Part shown: in pieces, positions 15,344-23,454 of the stretch | Position numbering within the stretch: the stretch's first letter is position 1 | Layout of the letters: every line of letters begins with the position of its first letter | Assembly (NCBI RefSeq): GCF_000196555.1 | Contig: NC_015067.1 | Span: forward strand, 90,001-122,000 | DNA: 32,000 bases | Source of the DNA: Bifidobacterium longum subsp. longum JCM 1217 | GTDB lineage: Bacteria > Actinomycetota > Actinomycetes > Actinomycetales > Bifidobacteriaceae | Reading direction: 5' to 3' | Translations under genes and position numbers: made by a program | The notes under the pieces: generated by a model | Databases searched by the model: none | What the model saw: only the letters and a program-made list of their open reading frames with translations | Told to the model about the DNA's origin: nothing

Positions 15344-17380
15344 ATGGCTGACGAATTTAACCCGCAGGGCGTCGACCAGACCCCGCGGAATAACGAAAAC
15401 CCCAATAGTACTGCCGATACCGGCAACGCCGAGCCGAAGAACCCGTTTGTGGGTGGCGACTCGGTTGATGCCGGCAACGCCAGCGATTCCAGCGAGCAGC
15501 AAGCCCCGGTTTCCTCGGCCGCCCTCGCTGCCGATCAGCAGCCTACGCAAGCCGCTACCGACACTGCCGCCACCGAGCCCATCCCGGACTACGCCTCCGC
15601 CAAGGGCGAGAGCACGGTGGTCTCCTCCTCGCCGGCTTCTCCGGCAGCGCCGGCCGCAGACCAGACCTCGGCCACAACTCCGCTGTACCGCCCGGCCCCG
15701 GAATACGGCGCTTATGGGCCGACCCCGACTCAGGCACAGGGCCAGCAGGGCGGCCAGGCCGGCAACAATGCCCAGCCCACGCAGCAATTCCCGTTCGGCC
15801 AGCCTGCACAGCAAACCCCACAGGGCCAGCAGGGCAACCGCAACCCCTACTACACCAATAACCCGCAGCCGCAGGGTAACGGCAATCCGTTCAATCCGCC
15901 CACGCAGCCGCAGCAGAACAACGGCAACCCGTTTGCCAGCCAGTCCGGTCAGAATGGCCAGAATGGCCAGCAGCCCCAGCAGGGCGGTCTGTTCGGTTTC
16001 GGCGTTCCCGGTACCGGTACGCCGAACGGTCAAGGTCCGACCCAGCCGGGACAGCCCGGTCAGCCCGGTCAGCCCGGCCCCGCCAAGCAGGGCATGTCCA
16101 AGACGGCGAGCAACATCCTCATCGCCGTGGTCGCCGCCGTTCTGGCTGCGGCCCTCTGCCTGGGCCTCGGCTACGGTGCCCTCACCAGCGGCCTGATCAC
16201 CTTGCCGACCAGCAACTCGCTTACCAACGTCAGCTCGAATAAGTCCGGCTCCGGGTCCGCCACCGCCAAGAGCGGCGAAGCCCCCGACTGGCAGACTGTC
16301 GCCAGCGATGTCTCCGGCTCCGTGGTCTCCATCCAGACCGCGTTGAGCAACGGCACCGCCAAGGGCTCCGGTGCCATCATCGACACCGAAGGCCACATCA
16401 TCACCAACAACCACGTGATCTCCGGTGCCCAGCAGATTCAGGTGACGCTTGCCAACGGCAACATGTATTCCGCCACGCTCGTCGGCACTGACGCCACCAC
16501 CGATCTTGCGGTCATCAAGCTCGACAACCCGCCGAGCGACCTCAAGGCCGTGGAATTCGCCGATTCCGACAAGCTCGCCGTCGGCGAGAACGTGATGGCC
16601 ATCGGCAACCCGCTCGGCTACGACGACACCGCCACCACCGGTATCGTCTCCGCCCTGAACCGCCCGGTGACCGTGACCGACGACAACAACAACGAGATCG
16701 TCACCAACGCCGTCCAGATCGACGCGGCCATCAACCCCGGCAACTCCGGCGGCCCGACCTTCAACGCGGCCGGCCAGGTGATCGGCATCAACTCCTCGAT
16801 CGCCTCCACCGCCACCTCCTCCGACTCCGCCGGCTCCATCGGCATCGGCTTCGCCATCCCGTCCAACCTCGTCAAGCGTGTGGCCGACGAAATCATCAAG
16901 GACGGCAAGGTCAAGCACGTTGCCCTCGGCGTGGTCATCAAGTCCGACACGGTTGAAGCCGACGGCGTGACCCGCGGCGGCGCGACCATCACCAAGTCCA
17001 GCGCCACCGGCAGCGCGGTCGTCTCCGGCGGCCCGGCCGACAAGGCCGGCCTTAAGGAGGGCGACACCATCGTGGCCTTCAACGGCAACGCCGTGAACAA
17101 CAACTACTCGCTGCTTGGTTACGTTCGTGCCGCGGCTTTGGGAGACAAGGTGACGCTGACCATCGTGCGCGACGGCAAGACCATGAATGTGGACGTGACG
17201 CTCGATCAGGAGGAGTCGTCGGTGAACGGTTCGTCCGGCTCCGATTCCAACGGCAACAGCCAGAATAACCAGAACAACCAGAACGGCAATGGCCAGAACG
17301 GTTACGGTAATGGCAATGGCAACAGCGATGGCGGCACCGGTGACGGCGGCGGCTTCTCCGACCCGTTCGGCCTGTGGTAA
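15344..17380 (+). CDS. htrA: HtrA/DegP-family trypsin-like serine protease with PDZ domain and long low-complexity N- and C-terminal tails
   Basis: 678-aa ORF with AAGGAG upstream. It has one TM helix ('ILIAVVAAVLAAALCLGLG'). The catalytic context is 'ITNNHVI', 'DLAVIKL' and 'NPGNSGGP'. The PDZ region is 'PADKAGLKEGDTIVAFNG'. Confidence 0.9.
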   Translation: MADEFNPQGVDQTPRNNENPNSTADTGNAEPKNPFVGGDSVDAGNASDSSEQQAPVSSAALAADQQPTQAATDTAATEPIPDYASAKGESTVVSSSPASPAAPAADQTSATTPLYRPAPEYGAYGPTPTQAQGQQGGQAGNNAQPTQQFPFGQPAQQTPQGQQGNRNPYYTNNPQPQGNGNPFNPPTQPQQNNGNPFASQSGQNGQNGQQPQQGGLFGFGVPGTGTPNGQGPTQPGQPGQPGQPGPAKQGMSKTASNILIAVVAAVLAAALCLGLGYGALTSGLITLPTSNSLTNVSSNKSGSGSATAKSGEAPDWQTVASDVSGSVVSIQTALSNGTAKGSGAIIDTEGHIITNNHVISGAQQIQVTLANGNMYSATLVGTDATTDLAVIKLDNPPSDLKAVEFADSDKLAVGENVMAIGNPLGYDDTATTGIVSALNRPVTVTDDNNNEIVTNAVQIDAAINPGNSGGPTFNAAGQVIGINSSIASTATSSDSAGSIGIGFAIPSNLVKRVADEIIKDGKVKHVALGVVIKSDTVEADGVTRGGATITKSSATGSAVVSGGPADKAGLKEGDTIVAFNGNAVNNNYSLLGYVRAAALGDKVTLTIVRDGKTMNVDVTLDQEESSVNGSSGSDSNGNSQNNQNNQNGNGQNGYGNGNGNSDGGTGDGGGFSDPFGLW

Positions 17381-17399
17381 AGCCGACTCGACAACGTCA

Positions 17400-17432
17400 C
17401 ACGGTGTTGAGCGGTAACCGCTGAACACCGTG
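17400..17432 (+). terminator. hairpin after htrA
   Basis: CACGGTGTTgAGCGG-taa-CCGCTgAACACCGTG, 20 nt after the stop codon. Confidence 0.55.
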
Positions 17433-17442
17433 TCGGACAAGC

Positions 17443-17490
17443 AAAGGCCCGTGACAGTGAGCAAACTCCTGCCACGGGCCTTTCGTATGC
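17443..17490 (+). terminator. second hairpin with a T-rich tail after htrA
   Basis: AAAGGCCCGTG-(19 nt)-CACGGGCCTTT followed by CGTAT. Confidence 0.55.
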
Positions 17491-17788
17491 GCGATTGTGC
17501 CCCGCGCCCATGCCGCCAACGCAGTTTCGATATCCGGCATGTCGCGCAACGCTCGTTGATAGGGTAGGCCAAGCACTGAGTTCGGGCGACGTCCTGAACA
17601 CAGCGCATAATTCAATACAAAACTGAATACATTTCTTTACGCCGTGTATCGGAAGGTTGCGCGGGAGCCGAGCAAAGCGAAGCCCCAGGCAAAGCCGCCG
17701 GTGGGTTAACAAGGCGTGACCGTAGCGCCGATTGCGCGGGCCACGCTTGCCGTACCGCAATCGACTCCGTATACGAGCGTAAGGAGCA

Positions 17789-19912
17789 ATGATGAGCAGA
17801 CTCATCAGATTCTTCACCAAAATTCTCGACATCTGCAAGCTTGTGCCGATGCTTCCGGTCGTCGTCATCGCCGCAATTCCGTTGGCTTTACTGGGCGATT
17901 GGCGTCCGTGGGGCAATGCGATGGCGATTCCGGTACTCGGCAATCCGGGTTTCGGCCAGTGGCTGGTTATCGCACTGGTGCTGGTTATTGTGATTGACAC
18001 TGTGCGCGGCATGATTGACGATTTGCGTCATGGGCAGGTTGGAGTCGATGTGCTGGCCGTGGTCGCGATCCTCTCCACCGTGGCCGTCGCCGAATACTGG
18101 GCAAGTTGGGCGGTGACGCTGATGATCACGTCCGGCGAGGCCATTGAGGAATACGCCCAAGCCAAGGCCGAGCGCAGTCTGACCGCGCTTATGGAAGCCG
18201 CGCCGCAAACCGCGCACGTCGTCAACCTGCCTGGCGTGGGGCGTGGGTTTGCTGCCGATAAGGGCGATTCGTCCGATGGCTTCCGGCGCGTGGGCTCGGC
18301 ATCGGCTGCCGCCGCCGCGCACCGCTTCGACACGGTGCCGGTCGAGCAGGTGCAGCTGGGCGACGTACTCATGGTGTTGCCGGGCGAAACTGTGCCGGTT
18401 GACGGCGAACTGCTGTCCGGCACGGCCACGCTCGACCTGAGCAATATCAACGGTGAGCCGGTGCCGCGTGAAGTGTTCGCCGGCGCCCGCGTGATGTCCG
18501 GCGCGGTGAACGGCTCGACTGCATTGACCATGCGCGCCACCCAGGTGGCCGCCGATTCGCAGTACCAGCGCATCCTCGAGCTCGTGGCCTCCGCGCAGGA
18601 GTCGCGCCCGGCCGTGGTAAAAACCGCCGACCGCTTGGCTGTGCCCTTTACCGTGCTCTCGCTGGTGATTGCCGGCGTCGCATGGGCGGTGTCCGGGGTG
18701 CCGACGCGATTCGCCCAGGTGCTGGTGCTGGCCACGCCCTGCCCGCTGCTCATCGCCGCACCGGTGGCATACATCGCCGGAACCGGACGCCTCGCCGCAG
18801 CCGGCGTGCTTATCAAAGCGCAGGACGTGCTGGAAAATCTCGGCCGCGTCACGCAGGTGTTCTTCGACAAAACCGGTACGCTCACCGTCAAGCAGCCGCA
18901 GGTGGTGCGCGTCGAGATGTTGCCCGGCGCTGCAACCCGTCTCAACGAAGACCATGTGCTGATGATGGCCGGCGCGGTGGAAAGCTACTCGGTGCACATC
19001 CTGTCCAAAGGTATCGCCAAGGCCGGCGCGGAGGCGCTGGCCGGACTGCGCCAGCGGTTCGAGGATGGTCAGCGCCTATGCCCCGAGCCGGAGGCCAGCT
19101 GGCCCGGCCATGGACGGGAGTATCCGGTCGTCAAGAACATCAATGAAGACGCCGGCAAAGGCGTTTCCGGCGAGGTGAACGGCCACGCGGTGCGCGTTGG
19201 CCGGCTGTCTTTCGCGGCCGCCGGGGAGGATGGATTCTTGGCGGTCGGCGAGGCTGTTCCCAGTCGGTCTGAGGATGACCTGCGCACACGATTTGGGCTG
19301 CTTCAGCCGGACGAAATGGCGTCGTATGTGTCTGTTGATGGTCAGCTGATCGCGCGCATTGTGCTGCGCGACGTACCGCGTGCCAACGCCAAGGCAGTGC
19401 TCGCCAAACTGCATGAGTTGGGCGTCACCGAGCTCGCCATGCTTACCGGTGACAAGCGGGCTTCCGCCAATATCATTGCCAGCGAAGTCGGCATTGACGA
19501 GGTTCACGCCGAACTGTTCCCGGAGGATAAGGTAGCCGCAGTCAAGGCCGCTACAGGAGCCGGCAAAACCGTCACGATGATGGTTGGTGACGGTGTGAAT
19601 GATGCCCCGGTGCTCGCTGTTGCCGATATCGGCGTGGCCATGACCGATGGCACGTCCACCGCCGCTTCCGAAAGCGCTCAGGTGGTCATTATGAATGACA
19701 ATATCGCCGCCGTGCCGCGCGCCATCGCCATTGCACGCCGCACCAAGCGCGTGATGCTTCAAGCCGTAATCGCGGGCCTTGTGCTTGCCGCCATCGGTAT
19801 GATCGCCGCCGCGTTCAACCTCATTCCAGTGGTCGTCGGAGCCTTCCTCCAGGAAGCCATCGACGTGGTGAGCATCCTCTGGGCTCTCACTGCTCTGATT
19901 GATCGGGATTGA
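17789..19912 (+). CDS. P1B-type heavy-metal-translocating P-type ATPase lacking an N-terminal metal-binding domain; TM4 motif is TPCP
   Basis: 707-aa ORF with AAGGAG upstream. It carries 'DKTGTLT', 'MLTGD' and 'GDGVNDAP'. The transmembrane strings are 'LATPCPLLIAAP' and 'LQEAIDVV'. There is no CxxC/HMA domain. Confidence 0.9.
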   Translation: MMSRLIRFFTKILDICKLVPMLPVVVIAAIPLALLGDWRPWGNAMAIPVLGNPGFGQWLVIALVLVIVIDTVRGMIDDLRHGQVGVDVLAVVAILSTVAVAEYWASWAVTLMITSGEAIEEYAQAKAERSLTALMEAAPQTAHVVNLPGVGRGFAADKGDSSDGFRRVGSASAAAAAHRFDTVPVEQVQLGDVLMVLPGETVPVDGELLSGTATLDLSNINGEPVPREVFAGARVMSGAVNGSTALTMRATQVAADSQYQRILELVASAQESRPAVVKTADRLAVPFTVLSLVIAGVAWAVSGVPTRFAQVLVLATPCPLLIAAPVAYIAGTGRLAAAGVLIKAQDVLENLGRVTQVFFDKTGTLTVKQPQVVRVEMLPGAATRLNEDHVLMMAGAVESYSVHILSKGIAKAGAEALAGLRQRFEDGQRLCPEPEASWPGHGREYPVVKNINEDAGKGVSGEVNGHAVRVGRLSFAAAGEDGFLAVGEAVPSRSEDDLRTRFGLLQPDEMASYVSVDGQLIARIVLRDVPRANAKAVLAKLHELGVTELAMLTGDKRASANIIASEVGIDEVHAELFPEDKVAAVKAATGAGKTVTMMVGDGVNDAPVLAVADIGVAMTDGTSTAASESAQVVIMNDNIAAVPRAIAIARRTKRVMLQAVIAGLVLAAIGMIAAAFNLIPVVVGAFLQEAIDVVSILWALTALIDRD

Positions 19913-19937
19913 TTAAGATAAACCGGAATTGATTGGA

Positions 19938-20007
19938 GCCGCATCCGGATTATGTGCAATATAACAAGTTGATATCAATATTTTGTGTGTGCTTACCGGA
20001 TGCGGGC
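19938..20007. repeat. 10-bp perfect inverted repeat with an AT-rich 47-nt loop after the ATPase gene
   Basis: CCGCATCCGG (19939-19948) pairs with CCGGATGCGG (19996-20005). The loop contains the palindrome TTGATATCAA. Confidence 0.4.
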
Positions 20008-20088
20008 GCCGTAGGTGGCAGTCTATTAGACTAAAGGCTGTTTGCAGCATCATTTAGGGGCATTGAGGCCCTTGCCAGAGGAGTCGAT

Positions 20089-21138
20089 ATGTCAGAGGGT
20101 GAGGAAGAGCTCAATGTGGGCGCAGTCCGTTTGGAGGAAGTGGCATCGGCGGCTAATGTATCGCTGTCCACTGCGTCCAAGGCCTTGCGTGGAAAGCCTC
20201 ACGTCAGCGAGAAAACCCGTATTCGAGTGATTGATGCTGCGCAGAGGTTGGGCTATAGCGCTGCAGAAGCTATGGCATCGATGGCAAGGTTAAGCGTCAG
20301 GGATTCTCACGGCGTGCAGGATTTTCGCGTTGGCATCATTGGCGTTGATATGAAAGGCGTCTTTTCCCCGACCATTCTTATTGGAGCGGAGAATGCGTTT
20401 CAAGCGCGCTCAGCCGCAGCGCTGCTGTTCAATGCGTCAGGCAATGAGGCATTGTTCCACAGTGGTATTGAACGAATGTTGGTGCAAGGAGTGTCGGGAC
20501 TGTTGATTATCAGCAGGCGTACGGATCCGGTGCCATACTACGTGGATTCTCCGGTACCTGTGGTCTACGCCTATGGCCCGTCCCGTGATCCCGATGATTG
20601 TTCCGTGGCACAAGACAATGTGGAATCAGGGTGTTTGGCCGTTCGCCACCTTCTTTCCTGCGGGCGCACTCGTATTGCGATTATTGCTGGCGACTCCGAG
20701 TACTCGGTTGCACATGAACGGATGCGGGGTGCGCTCAAGGCCTTGCATGATGCTGGATTACAGTTGGTTGGCGAAGCGCGGTTCGGTTCATGGGAAGCGG
20801 AATGGGGGCGCGCCGCTGCCCGTCTGCTGCTCAATGACGGTGCTGCATTCGACGCAGTGATATGCCAAAACGATGTGTTGGCTCGTGGCTGCATCGAGGA
20901 ATTGGAACGTAGCGGATGTCGCGTGCCGCAAGACGTAGCGGTTATCGGGCACGACAACAGTCCGGATTATGTGTCGTACGCGCATCCGTTGCTTACTTCT
21001 ATTGATGACAACAACGAAATGCTGGGGCGTCAAGCTGCCCTATGTCTACTGGATGCGATTGCGGGGCATCCTCACCATGGTGTGGAGCGTGTGCCGGTGA
21101 AGCTAATCCAACGCGAGTCAACGTTGCCGTTGGATTGA
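20089..21138 (+). CDS. LacI-family transcriptional regulator
   Basis: 349-aa ORF. The N-terminal HTH is 'VRLEEVASAANVSLSTASKALRGKPHVSEKTRIRVIDAAQRLGY', followed by a periplasmic-binding-protein-like sugar-binding fold. Confidence 0.9.
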   Translation: MSEGEEELNVGAVRLEEVASAANVSLSTASKALRGKPHVSEKTRIRVIDAAQRLGYSAAEAMASMARLSVRDSHGVQDFRVGIIGVDMKGVFSPTILIGAENAFQARSAAALLFNASGNEALFHSGIERMLVQGVSGLLIISRRTDPVPYYVDSPVPVVYAYGPSRDPDDCSVAQDNVESGCLAVRHLLSCGRTRIAIIAGDSEYSVAHERMRGALKALHDAGLQLVGEARFGSWEAEWGRAAARLLLNDGAAFDAVICQNDVLARGCIEELERSGCRVPQDVAVIGHDNSPDYVSYAHPLLTSIDDNNEMLGRQAALCLLDAIAGHPHHGVERVPVKLIQRESTLPLD

Positions 21139-21143
21139 TAACG

Positions 21144-21404
21144 TCACCGGATAGGCGGCAGCAGCCGGTTTACATCTTGCGTGGCATCATCCAGACCTTT
21201 GCGAATATCATTGATGCCGGAATCCCGTACAAGGCCGTGAACGTCGATGTTGCTTTGTTCGCTCAACGCTTGGCCGCGTACGCGCATGCTATGGATAAAT
21301 CGTCCGGCCTTGCGTGCGTAGTCGGGCAGCTTGTCGGGGCCTACCAGCACTAAAGTGATGACAAGAATCACCATGAGTTCCGTGCCCGAAATGCCGAACA
21401 ACAT
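21144..21404 (-). CDS. tatB: TatA/TatB-family protein (TatB-like) of the twin-arginine translocase
   Basis: 86-aa ORF. 'MLFGISGTELMVILVITLVLVGPDKLP' is the TatA/B family N-terminus, followed by an amphipathic region. It starts 1 nt after the tatC stop. Confidence 0.7.
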   Translation of the reverse strand: MLFGISGTELMVILVITLVLVGPDKLPDYARKAGRFIHSMRVRGQALSEQSNIDVHGLVRDSGINDIRKGLDDATQDVNRLLPPIR

Positions 21405-21405
21405 A

Positions 21406-22488
21406 TTATTCTCCTTCTGCAGTTATTGTTGCAGGGGCTTCCTGTTTGCCGGTGCGCTTGGCTTTGCGCGCCGCGCGAAATGGTAACGCGGCGCGCATTT
21501 TATGTAAAAGTTTGAGAAGTTTGGGTTCTTCGCCCGCCGCGCGCATGACTTTCCATAGCTGGATGTGCTCGTATACTGCGCATACGGCTATGGCTGCGAA
21601 ATAGATTGCGATGATGGGCAAGGCGAGTGCACATAATGTGCCTGGGTCGCCGGTTGGCGTGGCCACGGCCGCGAAGATAAACGCTATGACCGTTGCGAGA
21701 CGCCACTGCTTCAACCATGTTCGTGTTTCGACCGCATTCATCATCGTCAATGCCACCATGACTGCGGGTAGCAGGAATGAGAGGCCGAAAGCGACTGTCA
21801 TGCGCAGAATGAAATCAAAATAGACGTCGGCGCTGAGCAATGTGGCGGTGTTTGCGGGGGCAAAGCCGGTAAGGATCGCCACCGCTTGGGGCAGCAGATA
21901 CCATGCCAGTCCGGCTCCGGTGAGGAACAGCGGCACTGAGGCTCCGATGAATGCAACCGCGGTCCGGCGCTCTTTGCGCTTCAACCCTGGATTAATGAAT
22001 GCCCACACTTGGTATGACCACCACGGGCAGGAGGCCGTCAGACCAAGGAAGAACGCAATCTCCAGCTTTACGTTGAATGCGGAGACCACGCCATTGAATG
22101 TGATGCTCATCAGTCCCTGTTGCTGCCCGGCCGCCGTCAGGAACGGCTGTTGCAGGATACGAAACACCTGATCGCTGAACATCCATCCCACCATCGACAT
22201 GATGATGATGCCGGCAATGGCCCGAACAAAGCGTTTGCGAAATTCGACAAGATGATCGGCCAGAGGCATCACCGCATCGGGGTTGCGAGGCTTGCGCGTT
22301 TTGGACTTGCGCCCTACACCCCGCTTCCACCGGCGTGTAGGGCGTTGCGCACCCGCGCTGGCCTGCTGCGTGGCCTCGTGTGAGTGATCGATGAGATCGT
22401 CGAGGTCAAGATGTGTATCCCGATCGCCGGGATGCATCGCCGGTGCAAGGGGTGCCGGAAGCGCAGGGTTTCCGGGAACCGTGCTCAT
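21406..22488 (-). CDS. tatC: twin-arginine translocase subunit TatC
   Basis: 360-aa ORF with 6 TM helices. The conserved core begins at 'MPLADHLVEFRKRF'. The ATGA overlap with the tatA stop supports the start at 22488. An alternative start is 22269. Confidence 0.9.
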   Translation of the reverse strand: MSTVPGNPALPAPLAPAMHPGDRDTHLDLDDLIDHSHEATQQASAGAQRPTRRWKRGVGRKSKTRKPRNPDAVMPLADHLVEFRKRFVRAIAGIIIMSMVGWMFSDQVFRILQQPFLTAAGQQQGLMSITFNGVVSAFNVKLEIAFFLGLTASCPWWSYQVWAFINPGLKRKERRTAVAFIGASVPLFLTGAGLAWYLLPQAVAILTGFAPANTATLLSADVYFDFILRMTVAFGLSFLLPAVMVALTMMNAVETRTWLKQWRLATVIAFIFAAVATPTGDPGTLCALALPIIAIYFAAIAVCAVYEHIQLWKVMRAAGEEPKLLKLLHKMRAALPFRAARKAKRTGKQEAPATITAEGE

Positions 22489-22775
22489 CGCTGTTCGGCT
22501 CCGGTTGCTGTAGTCGGGGCGGCGGTGGCGTTCATCGTGACGGCTTGGGGTACGGCGGGAGCGGGAGCCGGTGCTGCCGCCGGAGCTGGGGCAGGGGCGT
22601 CGCTGACTGTATTGACGGTTTGTTGTGTTGCCGGGTCATCGGTCTTGGTCTCGGCACGGAAAATCTTCATCGATTGGCCAATGCTTTTGGCTAGCTCAGG
22701 GAGCTTCTTCGCGCCAAACAGCAGCACGATGATAAGTAGAATGATAATGAGCTCGGTGGGGCGAAGATTAGGCAT
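22485..22775 (-). CDS. tatA: twin-arginine translocase subunit TatA
   Basis: An internal ATG at 22775 with GGAAGGA upstream gives 96 aa, starting 'MPNLRPTELIIILLIIVLLFGAKKLPELAKSIGQSMKIF' and ending in an A/P-rich tail. The 76 aa upstream in the tracked ORF look non-coding. Confidence 0.85.
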   Translation of the reverse strand: MPNLRPTELIIILLIIVLLFGAKKLPELAKSIGQSMKIFRAETKTDDPATQQTVNTVSDAPAPAPAAAPAPAPAVPQAVTMNATAAPTTATGAEQR

Positions 22776-23141
22776 GATAGTATGTCCTTCCAATTTCTGT
22801 GTTGTGACAGGGGAAGGGTATACCTCATTAACGCACCAATTTATCAGTATAGCGAGGAATGGTGTGTTGTTCAAGTTGAAGTGCGGTGTTGCGTTTGAGC
22901 TGCTTGTGAGAGTTGCTCGGGAACATGTTAATTTGAATGCATTTACTGTGTTATTGGTGAGCATATGTGTTTGGGTTCGTTGGTTTTCGCAAGAGGAAAA
23001 CAAAAGGAAAATTACGAAAATAGCATGGCTGGAAATGCTGATAAAGACTGATTTTCATTGGTATTGTGCGCTACGAAAACCAGAGAAAAAATGAGTGAGT
23101 CGCTTTCTTTGACGCATGGTGAGAATCGTCTGTTTGAGTTA

Positions 23142-23157
23142 TTGTGAACGCGCACAA
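23142..23157. promoter_or_regulatory. candidate LacI-family operator (lacO-like palindrome)
   Basis: TTGTGAACGCGCACAA differs at 2 of 16 positions from the symmetric lac operator core TTGTGAGCGCTCACAA. It lies in the AT-rich 680-bp tatA/GH127 divergent intergenic region, about 300 bp upstream of the glycosidase start. Confidence 0.4.
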
Positions 23158-23454
23158 CGAAGACAAGCGGCATGGAGGGCGCGCAAAAACTCGAATAATC
23201 GCATATGGTAACTGTTTGCTTTACCGTCATCTCTCCCATACATACATGACGACGGGGACGCACCACAATGATGTGATGGTAAAACGGGCAGTACCAGACG
23301 ATTCCGAGTATGTGTGTGCCATCCACTGACGCATCTTACCTGCGTCGTCGGGCCATTGAATGGATTAAGTGCATTGAATGGTTGCGAATGCGGCAGAGTG
23401 TCTTCGTCCGTCATGCCTCGCAATGAACGCGCGGCAGTCCAACGAAGGAGCAAG

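Noticed and set aside
15326-17608. 760-aa ORF on the minus strand
   Set aside because: It is antisense to htrA. The composition is G/R/A/V-rich and low-complexity with no recognisable domain, whereas the plus frame has the full protease triad context and a PDZ domain.
17490-17788. Metal-sensing riboswitch (NiCo/czcD-type or yybP-ykoY) in the leader of the P-type ATPase
   Set aside because: I saw no recognisable conserved cores (for example the paired GGGACAG / CAG..GGGC elements as I remember them), only one short hairpin (GTTCGGG...CCTGAAC). This would need an Rfam scan to exclude formally.
22776-23454. N-terminal extensions and ORFs in the tatA/GH127 intergenic region (22485..23003 first 76 aa, 22384..23094 +, 23012..23326 -, 23139..23771 -, 23314 start of the GH127 ORF)
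   Set aside because: The stretch is AT-rich with odd amino-acid composition. Both real genes have strong SD-ATG pairs further in (22775 and 23455), and the products then begin with the canonical TatA N-terminus and a Tat signal peptide.
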